A program made the position numbers and the translations under genes. From contig CM060731.1 of NCBI GenBank assembly GCA_030704615.1, positions 48,608,001-48,672,000 on the forward strand: DNA of 64,000 nt, read 5' to 3'. The notes beneath the pieces are model-generated. The model made no database searches. It had not been told where the DNA came from and saw only the letters and a list, made by a program, of their open reading frames with translations. Of this stretch, positions 48,271 through 61,000 are shown one piece after another. Source of the DNA: Takakia lepidozioides (taxonomy: Eukaryota; Plantae; Bryophyta). Every line of letters begins with the position of its first letter. The stretch's first letter is position 1.

Positions 48271-49773
48271 TACTTAGAACAGTGAGGGGTCCCTGGTGGG
48301 TCCTCCTATGTCAGACGGGTGGACTGTTTGTGTGCTGCATGCAGCAGCTCTTCCACTGGGATGTGACCTGCTTCCTACCATGGGGTCCAGTCCAGACTAT
48401 GACTTTGATATTACGCGAAGGCTGTGGAGATCCTGGCATGGTGGGTGTCCCTTAACTGTAAATTATTCATCTCACATGTCCATTCATAAGCGGTTGTGTC
48501 TTGTCCAATTTGGATGCGATGTTGTTTGTTTAATAAACTACAAGCAACTGGGCACGATGGGGAATCTATCTACTTCGCAAGCTGTTCGGATGGAGATCTG
48601 TTTCTTATAGTGCATAATGGGTTCTTGAAACCATGATGCAAACTCAAAAAAGACAAAACCTCATTGCCTTCTCCAAATAGAATTGAACTTAAAGTTGTAT
48701 TTGTACATCCAATAATTTAACTCAAGCTAGAACTTAGTCATAGTTTCCTTCACACATCTCTGTAAATGCCACTTTGTAGTTTTTGTGAGAAATGTCTGTA
48801 CATTCATAACATACATATCACAGTCTTCGATTTCCTGTCATAACCAACTAGTTGGAGAAGGAGAGATTCAGTTCTATCACGGTTCACACTCAAGTAGAAT
48901 CAACAAAATATTTACAAAATAGACAACATCCCTGTACGTACATGAAGTATGATCATGTACGATCCTGTACCACTCTCAACCTTGCACAGAGCTTGTCCAC
49001 CCTCCTGGACCACCCAACCACCTCGCCAAGCTGTATCACTGTACACATCAATTCTTGAGATCTCTTATCCTGCAGGCCATTTTCTGAAATTAGTCCGTCT
49101 CTAGTCCCTGGCTACCTGGCACCTTAATCGATCTTCCTCTTCCTTCGTTTTTTCTTGACCAGGTGCCCTCCTTAACTGGTGACCAGCCACCTAAGGCTGG
49201 CAGTTGCCCTCCAAGGCCATCACATGGCACTGCAGCAGGTGTCCCCACCTGTCATTCAACTGAAATCCCATGGCCTTTCCACCCAGTCCCGTTCCAATTA
49301 ATAAGAGTGCTGCCATAACAATACATCTTTTCGCTAAATGTTGGGCACGGTGACATGTATTTGAGCTAAGTTCCAGATCTAACAGTTGACATGATAGTCC
49401 CAAGCTGTCCCTCTTCCAACATCGCTCAACTTTCATGCTTAAGAGACTAATCTACAACGGGTGGACTACTTTTTTAAAATTCTAAAACTCCCTAATTCCC
49501 TGTTGCTCGACCGGTAGGAGGAAGAGTCCTTTCCAGATGGGATCTGGGATCTATGAGCGGTGATTTAACAGGTTATTCATATAAAATTCACTAGAGCAGT
49601 GTAAGGGTTTTTTTCGAATATTAGAGCGAGCTAATTGCTTAAACTGAGCTACAGCTCTTGGATTTTTGTCTCTCCCACAGTTCGATTTGTTAAATGTTTG
49701 CATCTCTTGGCCTTAGGAGTTGGGCTTTGTTCGGTAGTCTCTCCACTTCGTTTCGGCGGATCTTCATCGCCAC

Positions 49774-50915
49774 ATGAATGCAGACTCTACAGAGTCTGGC
49801 AAATTATTAGGTGTTGCCGAACTCTATCCTCATGATGGTAGTGGCTAGATTGCCGCTGAAGCGGATTTTTCAGTTCCGAAGTATGTCAAGGATATGAAGC
49901 CAAATTATCGCTACCTTGGAGTTTATGGACTACTACAAGCTTGTGGTGGGCAGCCATGCACAGCAGCGGGTCATTGGGGTTATTCGGATCATCGAGACCA
50001 AGCTGGTTTTCGCATTAATGAGTCTAAAGATTCAAGATTTGGAGGAGTGGAATTTGGGGAGAATCATAACGACCCTTCCATCTATATATTCGAGGAGGTT
50101 CGAACTATATCAGACATGGAGGTTGCAGGAACCTGTGAAGGTTATCGATTGCCATTGCCCCAAGCGGCAACGCCTCATGTAGCAGTGACGGTCATCCTAA
50201 TGGGTACCTGCAGTTCAACGCAGAAGCAAGTGAGTCTTTTTCTGGACAGATCAGTGATAAAAGTATTTTCATGTTTATAGCTGTCCATGAAATCTTATAG
50301 TTCTGGTTACAGTCTTTTCGAGAAAATAAGTGTAGCCCATGAGTTAGTTAGTGTTGTTATGTTAATAGGTCTGATAAGTGACGTCAGAAGAGACCGTACA
50401 AGTTCTAACTAGTACAGAATATATATAGACACTGTAATCTTGAAAATTTTAAATGGTCTAAGAGAGGGATGCCTAAATCCACTGACGTTCCTCATTAGAG
50501 TTAATAAAGTACTCAATTCTTAAGGTACCAGTCTCATACCACTATCAGAGCTGAGGTAGGAATCCTGCATACTATGTGAAGTCGAGGAAAAATCAGGAGT
50601 CACGATTCCCGATTACTTTCAGAGCGTTTCTATGGCACAAATTGGAAAATCTGCATGGAGATATTAGCTGTGCTGTAACAGTTGGAGAAAGATCTCTGGA
50701 CTGTATAGTTAATGGATCTAACGTCAGCAAGACCACCTGGACAATCTCTTGGGGATAAGATGGACACATATGTGCCAGCATATATCCTCCTCAATCTAAA
50801 AGAACTCTTGACCATACCTAGAGCATGTTACTCAAAGCGAAAACAACCGGAGGAAGCATGGGATGTACTTCTGTGCATGGACTATTTGCTACTAAAAATG
50901 AAACAACTAAATTAA
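49774..50915 (+). pseudogene. F-box gene copy D (inverted duplicate of copy B; premature stop)
   Basis: LPNSILMMVVARLPLKRIFQFRSMSRI*SQII..EFMDYYKLVV..CPKRQRLM, followed by the same downstream block as copy B. Confidence 0.7.
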
Positions 50916-51739
50916 GGTAGATTTACAAGTACATAATTTGGACAGTATTTCTGTGCACTAAAAAATGACATCCTGTCACTTCGCATGTAAATGCGGTTTA
51001 AATCGCTGCTGGCATGAGGAGGATCACCAGACTTCAATGATGCAGACAGTGGAGATAATGTTTTATAATTACAGTCCAAACAGGGCTTTCCCAGATATCT
51101 CTAAGTTCACATAACGCTAGCTTCGGAGATCTAGTACCGGGTTTAATTCTCCTCAGACGGAAAGCAGACGACACAGTATATTATGCAAAACAAGCATATA
51201 TATATTTGTGATTAGTCTATAGATTGGGCACCTTATTCCCTGAGGAAACGAGGGACCTTCACACCAGAAAAAGAAGAACTTAAGAGAAGATTAGAGAAGA
51301 TTTTGAAATGGTACAGAAGTCCATTGATACTATTTAGGAATTCAAGCTCAACAGAACAGACAAGCCAGCAAAGAAACTCATCTCCACCAACACGAATACT
51401 TTATGTGGAAAATGTTAAACATGTTAGCACAGTGGAAGTTGAGATGAAGCTAATTCACATCACTTTTTGAGGAACAACAACAGAAGCTGAAGTTGAAAAG
51501 ATGAAGACTGAAATTACCTTCTGTACTTAGGTTGTCTCGTATTGCGCTGCAGCAATCCACATTGAGGACTGAACGTCAGCAGTGCTGGAGTGAGGCTGGA
51601 ATGGATGAGTGTCAGTGCTACATGAGACGTGGCTTGCTTGTGCTGAGCAATGGTAATAGATGAGGCGTGGCTGCTTATACTGCGCAACGGTAATAGATAA
51701 CCTGACTGTTGGAGAACCTTTATCTCTCATACAATTTTG

Positions 51740-52030
51740 TATCAGAGATAGAGGTTGGAACCTCCGACACGCAATACTACCATAGCACAGCATGATTTCC
51801 ACGGTGAGAAAGCCATACCTTCCACTCCCCCAAGAGAATCTTCCTCACGTTAATGCAAAAAAGATCCAAGGGCCTCTCTCCTAAATCCAGTGCCCACTGC
51901 TGTGCATGCTTCTTACAAGACTATAGTAGTCCACAAGTTCAAAGGTGGAGATAATTTGGCTTCACAGTATCCTTGAGATGCCAGGAACTGGAAATTCAGC
52001 TCATCAGCAATCTGGCCACTACAATCACCA
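51740..52030 (-). pseudogene. F-box-like remnant E (inverted duplicate of A)
   Basis: Reverse complement matches ~21835-22097. Confidence 0.5.
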
Positions 52031-52563
52031 GGATACAGTTAGGCAATAGCCGAGAGAGAGAGAGAAGACTCCGGTCAAGGGACCGGGCGTAACTAAGAGC
52101 CACTTCGCCTTTCTACGATAGCGGCAATAGCCGATAGTAAGTTCAGAGAGACTCAAGTGTCTAAGAGAAGATGGCGCTCCCCTGGCCTCACCTGCATATA
52201 TATATGGAGCTCTGGGTGACCTCAAAGATATCTTGGCTTGTGACTTGTATGGTGGGGAGCTAGTTCCGCGTAAGAAATAATAAAATACTGAATCGATATC
52301 AACGTCATTGTCATGCGTTAGATTATTGCAGTCACCTTCTGTGTAGTGCAGTTGTGTCGCCTCCTGCTCATGTATATCACGATCTGCAGATTCTTGCTGT
52401 CCAGAATCTTCTAGAACCTGTTTCACACTGAGCCGCAATTTGTCCCTGAATTCCAGCTCGATGAAACCCTGACTAATGTAAACTCTTGTTCATTGAAGGA
52501 TTTGGTATTTATGCACTATCTGTTTCTGTGATATTACCTTGACATCTCCTATGTTGTCATGGT

Positions 52564-55500
52564 TGTTGAGAATTTACACTGGCATAGTGTTATTCAAGTA
52601 GATTAATCTCAGGATTAGTGTTAGTGTTTACTCCATGATATATGTCCAGGCTGTCCAAGTACATGACTTAGCTAGTGACACTTGTCTTTCACTTGGACCA
52701 CCTATTTTGAACGGGAATTTTTCCCACCATGCTCCGCTGGTGGGATCTACATAGTCTGTAGATTAGCGTAGTGATGTTGTCTTCTTGTTGAACATGTAAT
52801 GCACTAGTGTGCTTCTACGACTGATCTTAAGCAAAAGACAAAGCTCCTGCATATGAGTGCATTCTTTGTTAATCATTTTTGTAGCATTTCAACAGGTTAT
52901 GGGCCCACTCCTCGCAAGTCGTTGCGGGGTAGAGTTTGTGTTTTCTGACAAGGAAGCGTGGGATGACAAAGATAGCATAGCTAGCATGTATATAGTGCAA
53001 GCGGTTGATAAAAAACATCTACAGCAACTAGTTAGCTACAATTCTTCGATTGAAATGTGGTCAAAGTTGATCGCAATACACGAGCAGAATGCCGGCGAGA
53101 ACGTGCATGTACTCCAAAGCAAGTTGTATCATCTCCACATGGAGGAGGGTGATAGCATAGCAAGTTATTTTAGTAACATTGAGATGATGGTGAGACAGCT
53201 CGCAGATCTAGGAGAGAAAATTCCAGAGTCAGCAGTGATGGTGAAAATAGTATGTACCCTGCCCCCTAGCTATGAAAATGTTCTTGATGCCTAGGACAGC
53301 GTTCCAATGGCTGAAAAGACATTAAACAATCTGCAAGCAAGATTGCTCAAGAAGGAGGCCATGAGAAAAACAAGAGGAGGAAATGATCATGCTATTGATA
53401 AGGCTTTCTTTACAAGGAACTTGGAGGCAAGAGTGCTACCTCTAGCAGTGGGGGCATGTGGACAAGGGAACAGAAGAAAGAAAGAGCAGAGAGGATTGTC
53501 GAATTGAAGAAGAGAATTCGTTGCAATAAGTGTCATCTGCTGGGACATTGGGAAAAAGATTCTGAATGTCCATTAAATGGTGCAGCAAACACTGAGAAAT
53601 GATCTGTCGGTATAGCAAATATGACAGAAATCCTGAAGATAAGCGATGTCTATGCTACAGAGAGCGTATTCATAGAAGCAGTGGGAGGAGTCTCTCAAAT
53701 GAGTGGTGCATATGTGACAAACAATGTTGCCAAACAAAGTACACATCTCGAAGATGATGCATGGTATTATGACAGTGCTGCTTCTGAGCACATGACGTAC
53801 AAAAGGTTTTGGTTCAAAAATCTCAGAAAGATTGAAGATAAGCGCTGGGGTGTACAAGTTGCTACAAATCTTGTAGTATGGGCTGAAGGCATCGGAGACA
53901 TTGAAGTTCTCTCACTGGTGAATGATGGTGAGTGGAGGAAAGGAACTATTAAAAATGTTCTTTACATCCCAGACCTCAGGAGAAACATCTTTTCACTAGC
54001 AAAAGCAGTTGATAAAGACATGATTGCTCTTCTCAACAAAACTACTTTTAAGCTTTTTGCAAATGAAGGACATGGAGCGCTTGTCTTGGAAGGACTCAGG
54101 GAAGGAAATCTCTGGAAACTACGAGTCAAAGTAGTAGTTCCAAACAGTGAAGCAGATCTGGCTATGGAGACTGAAGCAAATCTGGCTGTGGCGAGAAGAG
54201 GAGTTTCTTTGAAGGTTTGGCATGACCGCCTGGGACATATCAGTGAAGGGATGACTAAAGAAATCGCAAAATCACAAGTAGTGGGAGGTATGCTGATAAG
54301 TGATCCAGAGTCTCAACTTCCTTTCTGCGAAGGTTGTGCGTTAGGAAAGGTTCATCGCCAACCATTTCCGGTAAACCAAACCAGAAAAATCTCAGGTACC
54401 GGGAGAGTTTTATCATGCTAACGTGCCACGATGAATCTCAATTCTCTAGGAGGAGCAAGGCACTTCGTACTCTTCAAAGATGATCATAGCAGTTACAGAG
54501 TGCTATATTGTGTGAAGCACAAGAGTAAAGTGAATCTTTCAAGCAGCTGATTACAGAGTCTAAGAGAGAGACTGGAAATGACATAAAGAAGCTACGAAGT
54601 GATAGAGGCGGAGAGTTTATGTCAAACAAACTCAAAGCACTTCTGGAAGAGCATGGGATACGACAGGAACTCACTGCTCCTTACACACCAGAGCAAAATG
54701 GTGTAGTAGAAAGGGACAATAGAACAATTGTGGAGAATGTGAGATGTATAATGCTTTCAGAAAATGTAGACCCTAAGCTTTGGGCAGAAGCTGTTCATAC
54801 TGCAGTGTATGTGCTGAATCGCACAGGAACAAGAATTCTTGATAACATGACTCCACTTGAGGCATGGTGCGAAGAGAAGCCAGATATTGGCCATATGAGG
54901 GTATTTGGGAGCATTTGCTATACTCATGTTCCAAAAGAATTGAGACAGAAGCTAGATCCCAAGAGTCGAAAGTGTATCTTTCTTGGATATAGCAAAGAGT
55001 CAAAGGAGTATCGACTATGGGACATTGAACACAAGAAGATTGTAGTTACTAGAGATGTGACGAAATGTCAATCCCAGAGGTACTACATGAACAAGAGTCT
55101 GCTGCTGAAGGATCAAGTGTTATTATACCAGAGATTCATGGTGGTCATGTGATAATGTGTGAAGAGCATGGTGAGCATGACGAGCATGATGAATATGTTC
55201 TTCCTTGCAAGCACCGATGGTACCTATACATGGACTTGAGGTAGTCTTGGAAGGTGTCGAAGAACGTACAGAAGCTGCGTGTACAGAAGTTGAATGTCGA
55301 CCTCGAAATCCACCACAAAGATATGGTGACTGGATCAACAATCACCCATCCTTCGCAGGAATGACAAATTTTGTTCCACTTCCTGATGAACCAATGACTT
55401 ACCAGGGAGCCATGATGTATCCGGAGAGGAAGAAATGGCAAGCCGCCATGAATGATGAATTCCAGTCACTGCTCAAGAATTCTACTTGGAAATTGGAAAA

Positions 55501-56323
55501 CCTACCGGAAGGAAGAGTTGCTATCAAGTGCAAGTAGGTATTTAAAATCAAATCCAAGTCAGATGGAACTGTTGATAAGTTCAAGGCTCGTGTTGTGGCA
55601 AAGGGATATTCACAATAGTATGGGGTGGATTACGATGAGACTTTTGCCCCCGTGGCAAAGTACGATTCCATCAGGACCCTGCTGTCCATAATAGCAGCAG
55701 ATGATTTGGAAGTAGTGCAGTTCGACATAAAGACTGCTTTCTTGCATGGAGATCTGAACGAGGAGATATTCATGGAACAACCTGAAGGATTCTTGGTACT
55801 TGGCCAGGAAACTAAAGTGTGCAGGTTACTTAAGAGTTTGTATGGGTTAAAGCAAGCATCTCGAGCGTGGAATGCGAAGTTCGACAATTTCCTGGTGAAA
55901 TATAGATTACAGGCAAGTTCTGCCGATTCATGCATCTACTATCGTCCCAATCTTCCTAAGCTTGTCACAGCAATATTTGTAGATGATGGGCTGGGGAGTG
56001 CAGTAGACAAAAATGAACTCATAGACATGGTTGATTATTTGAACCAAGTTTTTGAGGTAACAACAGGAGATGCAGATTGTTACGTTGGGCTTCACATCAC
56101 ACACAACAGGGAACTGAGGATGATCTACATCGATCAACTACACTACATTCTAAAGATTTTAGCCAAGTTCGGCTTTACAGATGCACATCCTGTATCAACA
56201 CCGGCTGACCCTAATGTGCACTTACAGTTTCCCCGAGACAACGATACTGCAGAGAGAGAAGAAGATTTTCCCTATCAAGCTGCAGTTGGTAGCCTGATGT
56301 TTGCTATGCTTGGATCGAGGCCT
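52564..56323 (+). mobile_element. Ty1/copia element, 3' truncated in RT
   Basis: LTR TGTTGAG...TTTCAACA (52564-52894) and PBS GGTTATGGGCCCA (52895-52907). Gag with CNKCHLLGHW, PR WYYDSAASEHM, INT WHDRLGH..CEGC..PEQNGVVER, RT QFDIKTAFLHG..SLYGLKQA..FVDD. Confidence 0.93.
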
Positions 56324-56324
56324 G

Positions 56325-56429
56325 GGGGTGAAGCGCAACAACATCACGTTTTTGTGCGTTTGCAATGCTTATGCAAGCCTGGCAGCCCTGGAAAAGGGCA
56401 AAGAGGTGCATGGTGACATCATCAAAAGC
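56325..56429 (+). pseudogene. Single PLS-class PPR motif fragment
   Basis: GVKRNNITFLCVCNAYASLAALEKGKEVHGDIIKS resembles the L-type PPR consensus GvkPdxxTfxxvLxACaxlaalexGkqiHxxiik. Confidence 0.65.
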
Positions 56430-56915
56430 ACATATCCTTGTTCACACCATCTGCCCGGCTGGGGTCGGAATGCAACAAGTCCTCCACGCATCTGTTCGTC
56501 TCATGCATCAGATTAACTGGCAGGTATGCAAACAGGCAGGGACCAACCAACAGGAAATTAGCTAACGCATGCTTGAGCATGGAATTGCCCTCTGGCGTTC
56601 CAACAAGTTGAACCATGATATCATGCAACAGTGTGTTTGTCGATGAAGAAACTGCATCAGTGCTACTGGCATATGACATCCAGATAGTCCTCAACACCTA
56701 CAAAATCAGCGGGCATTTCATAGGGGACCCTGCCTTGCGGTACGATGTAAAGACTTCTCGTAAGAGCTTCGATTTGTCATCCGAGTGTTTGAAGAAAGTA
56801 GGTAGGGTAGCATGCACATTTCCCTTATGAACAATGGTGTAAAGAGGGGACCAACCCCACTGATGCGCTTCATTTTCACAATGCCAATTGGCATCCCAGG
56901 CAGCCAACTACTCTT

Positions 56916-58846
56916 TGCCAGCACTTGAGCAAAGTGCTCCTCTTGTTCTGAGGTGAGAATAGTGTCATCATTGACTGCAGCAATGTTGGTCATGGCAATA
57001 AGTCTGTCCACAGGGCTGTCTATAAGACCAATGTCATGAAAATTGAGAGCAGCCTCTACAGATTGAATTGCAGTCAAGGGCAAGGCAGTGAGTCGAGCCA
57101 TAACCTGCCCCTTCTTGATTTTGACCATCATACGTTCAGGATTAGCAAGGAGTAATTTGATTTCTCCTCTGTACCCTCTGTCCAAACCCCAGAAGCCACC
57201 AAACAATGTTTATGCAAAGTCAACTTCTTCCAGCCTTCTATTTCCATATACATGTCTTTGGGACAAATAAAAGCCAGACCCATGGGGCCCAAGATTTGGG
57301 ACATTGCAGGCAAATCAATATCACGAGGAGCCCTCAAAAGTACTGAATTGTTGGGAACAGGAAGAGGGGCTCCAGTCTTCTTACCTGGTTCAGGCAAATG
57401 CCATTGGAAGAGGCTAGTGGCTGACTCACTATTAAAATTAAAGAATCTGGTCCAGTTGTATGAATTACTAGCTCTTTGGCGAACTTCTTGAGCAACAGCT
57501 GAATAAGATGCCGAGTGGAACTCCCAGCCATAATAGGGACAAAGTTCAGATTGACAGTATGCCTGGTACCATTGCCATCACTCAAGGTCATGACATTAGT
57601 GTGTAAGTTGATTTCTGCCCTGGCTTCCCTCATCCAATCCAGGCCAACTAGAAATTGCTCTCCCATAGTGACAATACAAGTCACCGTGACTACCTTTCCA
57701 GCAATTCCAATGGGCAAGGTTACAAGCCCTAAAGGCTCATATTTGGTGCCATCAGCTATAATAACTTCCAGCCCTTTGGTAGGTACTAATTTCAAACCCA
57801 ACACCTGAACAACATGTAAAGGAACAACAGAAACTAGAAACTGTGCACCCAGTGTCAACTATGCAGGAAAAAGACAAATGTCCTACATGGCATTGAGTAA
57901 GTAGTGGGTGTATACGTACCTTCTTCCTGGGTTTAATTACTTCAGTATGTAACAACTTAAAAGTATCAGAAATAAGAATAGTAGTTAGGGGTTCGGAAGG
58001 TTTGACTACACGATCACCTGTCCCTTCATTCGCAGGTGACCCTATTCGTTTAAACGAGCCTTACCCTTCTTTTCTTTCTCTCTCTCAAAGTTTTCAATCA
58101 TACCTGGCAAATCAGCCTGGTAAGGACAAAATCTTTAATAATTTTCTCACCTTTTTTGAGATGAGTGTGAAGATGAATGCAGTCCCACCTACTTTTGTCA
58201 TAAATGCATTTCGTTTTTGTCTCAAGGGAGAGGCCCAAGAACTCTTTGAAGTCACTATCAAAGATCTGGGTGATGTGCCATGGTCTGAAGCTAAAGGTTT
58301 GGCTGAACAATTATTTCATGAAAAAAAATTGCCTGATTACTGTGTACCTGAGAGACGCTACAAGGAAGGGGAAAGTATACATAAGTATTATACTGATATA
58401 CGTACAGCTGTGTGTAAGACTGTTCCTGTTCTTTCGGAAAGGCCATTGGCCATTAAACTGGGCTTCATCAGAGGACTGCCTCCTGCAGAGCAAGTATATC
58501 TGCAACGAAACAAGTACTCCACCGAAAAGGAAATGGTTCAGTTAATCGAAGAACGCTTGCGCACTAAAGCAGCTAAACAGGGAGTGGTACCCAAAATTCA
58601 AACGACTCACATGTTGAGTGATGCGTCAGATCTGATTATGAGCACTAACAATGGAGAAGCCCTAGAGCTTCTTCCTGCAGTGGTACGAGATGTGCAGGAA
58701 ACGGTCAGACTTGAATTACAGGCCATTAAGGCTGATGCTCGCTGGCAAGCCCCATCAAATTCCAACCAGAGTGGTGACAACAGGGGACGTACTAATACTG
58801 GTGCTTGTTATCAAAGCCATGCAGCATGTTATATTTGCAAAGGCAA
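56916..58846. mobile_element. Second copy of the dUTPase-bearing gypsy-like element (PR-dUTPase on -, inverted gag on +)
   Basis: 56916-58134 matches 10501-11720 in the same orientation. 58135-58846 encodes gag on + (FNNFLTFFEMS..KEGESIHKYY..FIRGLP..CYICKGK). The slippery site is conserved at 58048-58054. Confidence 0.9.
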
Positions 58847-59922
58847 ACCTTGTATTCCGGATAAGGTTGCTTCGTCATGCGGGTCTCAGGGGATCTTGCT
58901 TCTTCAACTAGAACGCAAAGCGGGTCACCGCCTTCTCTTTGATCACCAACGAGTGTAAATGATACTTCTCAGTAGGAATCTGGACGTGGCAAAGCCCAAT
59001 GGTCTCTTTATCAAAGCTTTCACCAGGGAAGATCACAATGTCCCGAGAAGAGAAATGAAACAAGTGTTGCGGGACACCAGTAATGGACTGTTCCCACGAA
59101 AAGTCGTCAGCAGGCTGGTCAGCAGTCCAGGCAGGGCGGATGTTCGTTAGCGCCGCCGCACTTCCACCACGAACGAGCTCCCAAAAACGGTAGCCGCTAG
59201 GAACCTTGGGGTGCAGTAAGCTCTCAAGATTGTTGGTGCGATCCTTGGTGACGACAAACTTAGGAACGCCAATCTGCGGCCAAGTGAGCAGCTTGCCCTG
59301 TCCAAGTCACTCACGGATGACCGCGCGAGGTAAGCGCTTGGCTATTTCTCTCGCATGCAGCCTCTGCAACAATCTGCCAGTAAAAGCACCATGTTTGGCT
59401 TCAGCGATCTTGCGACGTTTTTCGGGCTTCTCGCCTTCAGAATTCACGTTCTTGCGAGCTTCATCTACAGCTGTCTTTTCAAATTTTTCTATCCAATAAT
59501 CAGAGGGAACATGAAGCGGGATCTCTGCATCCCCTCTCACATGTAGCTCTCCTTCGTATGGCTCACTACTACGTTTAGGGAGGGTTAGCGACGCCAGGAC
59601 GCCGAACGCGCCGGACGCGCCGACCCCCCTGCGACTACAAGCGTCGCATAGCGCCCGGCTCGGGACTTGCGACGTCGGGGCGTCGTAACGCCGGCGCTCG
59701 GACGACGTTGTGGCATCTTGCAATGTCATGCCGTCGCCGAAAAGGTGCCTGACCCCATTCCCCTGCCAACGCACTGGGGGGTTGCGACGCCTTGGCGTCG
59801 CAACAATTTGCTGCGACGCCCTCAGGATGCTGCGACGCCGGGGAATCGCAACGAGACGTCGCAGCACTACAGCCCAGCGACGGCCGAGCGCTCCTGCGAC
59901 GCCGGGGAATCGCAATGTCCGG

Positions 59923-59953
<31 letters not shown>

Positions 59954-61000
59954 CGTTTTTTTTTTTTTTTTTTCCCCCGCCGTCGCAAAAACGTCGCTGG
60001 GGTTGCGGCGTTGCGATTCCCCGGCGTCCTGGGGGCGTCGCAGAAAATTGATTCTGGAAGTAGATTATAGAGCATAATAAACTTGGCATCCTGAGACTAT
60101 AGCTATTGTCCAACAATAAGTTGCAATGCAGCTTTGCAAAACTTAGGCCATTGGTAGATATTTGTTCTTGAAGAACTTTGGGGACAAGTCTCGGTGCAAG
60201 TTCCAGATGTGAGAGCTCCTGTATAGTACTCATAATCTGCAACACAATGATAGGATTGAGATAGTGGTAGTCAGTATGAACTAACTCTTGATATGTATAT
60301 ATATATTTGGACTGTTTTTGTGATACATAGATGTATTGTAGATTTGTTGGTTAGTGTGCAGTGTCTTAGAAATGTGATAATGTGGAGATCCTAGGTTCAA
60401 ATATGCATTGCATAATATATGTAGAACAATGCATGAACTGCCATTGGACAAAACCGGAGTCAATGGTTAACGCCGAGTCAATGGTCAACTAGTTTTTGAA
60501 ATTCAAATTCAAATTCAAATTCAAATTCAAATTCAAATTTTCCCACCTAAATTCAAATGAACCCCTTACTGTGACGTTGGGGGTTGCATTTACGACCCCC
60601 GGACGTTCTAATGCGACATCGCAGAAAAAACGTCACAGAAAAAAACGTTTTTTTTTTTTTGCGATGCCCGGACGTCGCAAGTCGCGCCGACGCCGCGGCC
60701 GGGGGTCCCGGGGGGTTTGCGATTCCCCGACGATGCTAATTAGCAACGTTCCGGGAGCGACGTCTCCGCGACTTCCCGACGTCGCAAAATGCCCCGGGCG
60801 CCGTAGAGTATTTCCGTCGCTAATCGCGGCGGTTGGAGGTCACTGGGGCATCGCTAACCCCCCCCCCCCCCCCCCCCAAAACATAGTAGTGGCTTAAGCA
60901 CATCAGGCAACGCAAGATCACGCACAACACCCAGAAAAACAGTTTCGAACGAATCGTCTTCAACCTCAAAGGAAGCAACATTACTCGAACTGGATGCCAT
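58847..61000 (-). pseudogene. ORF-X copy 2 (longer), split by the same CACTA insertion
   Basis: MASSSSNVASFEVEDDSFETVFLG..VLK|PYEGELHVRGDAEIP..WELVRGGSAAALTNIRPAWTADQPADDFSWEQSITGVP..KEKAVTRFAF*. Confidence 0.6.
59564..60891. mobile_element. Non-autonomous CACTA family 1, inverted duplicate of 7538-8826
   Basis: CACTACTACGTTT...AACATAGTAGTG termini and TSD GCT; same insertion site in ORF-X. Confidence 0.9.

Noticed and set aside
58002-58958. 318-aa ORF as an intact gag gene
   Set aside because: Chimera: the first ~44 codons are antisense to the gag/pol junction and the tail is antisense ORF-X; only 58135-58846 is gag.
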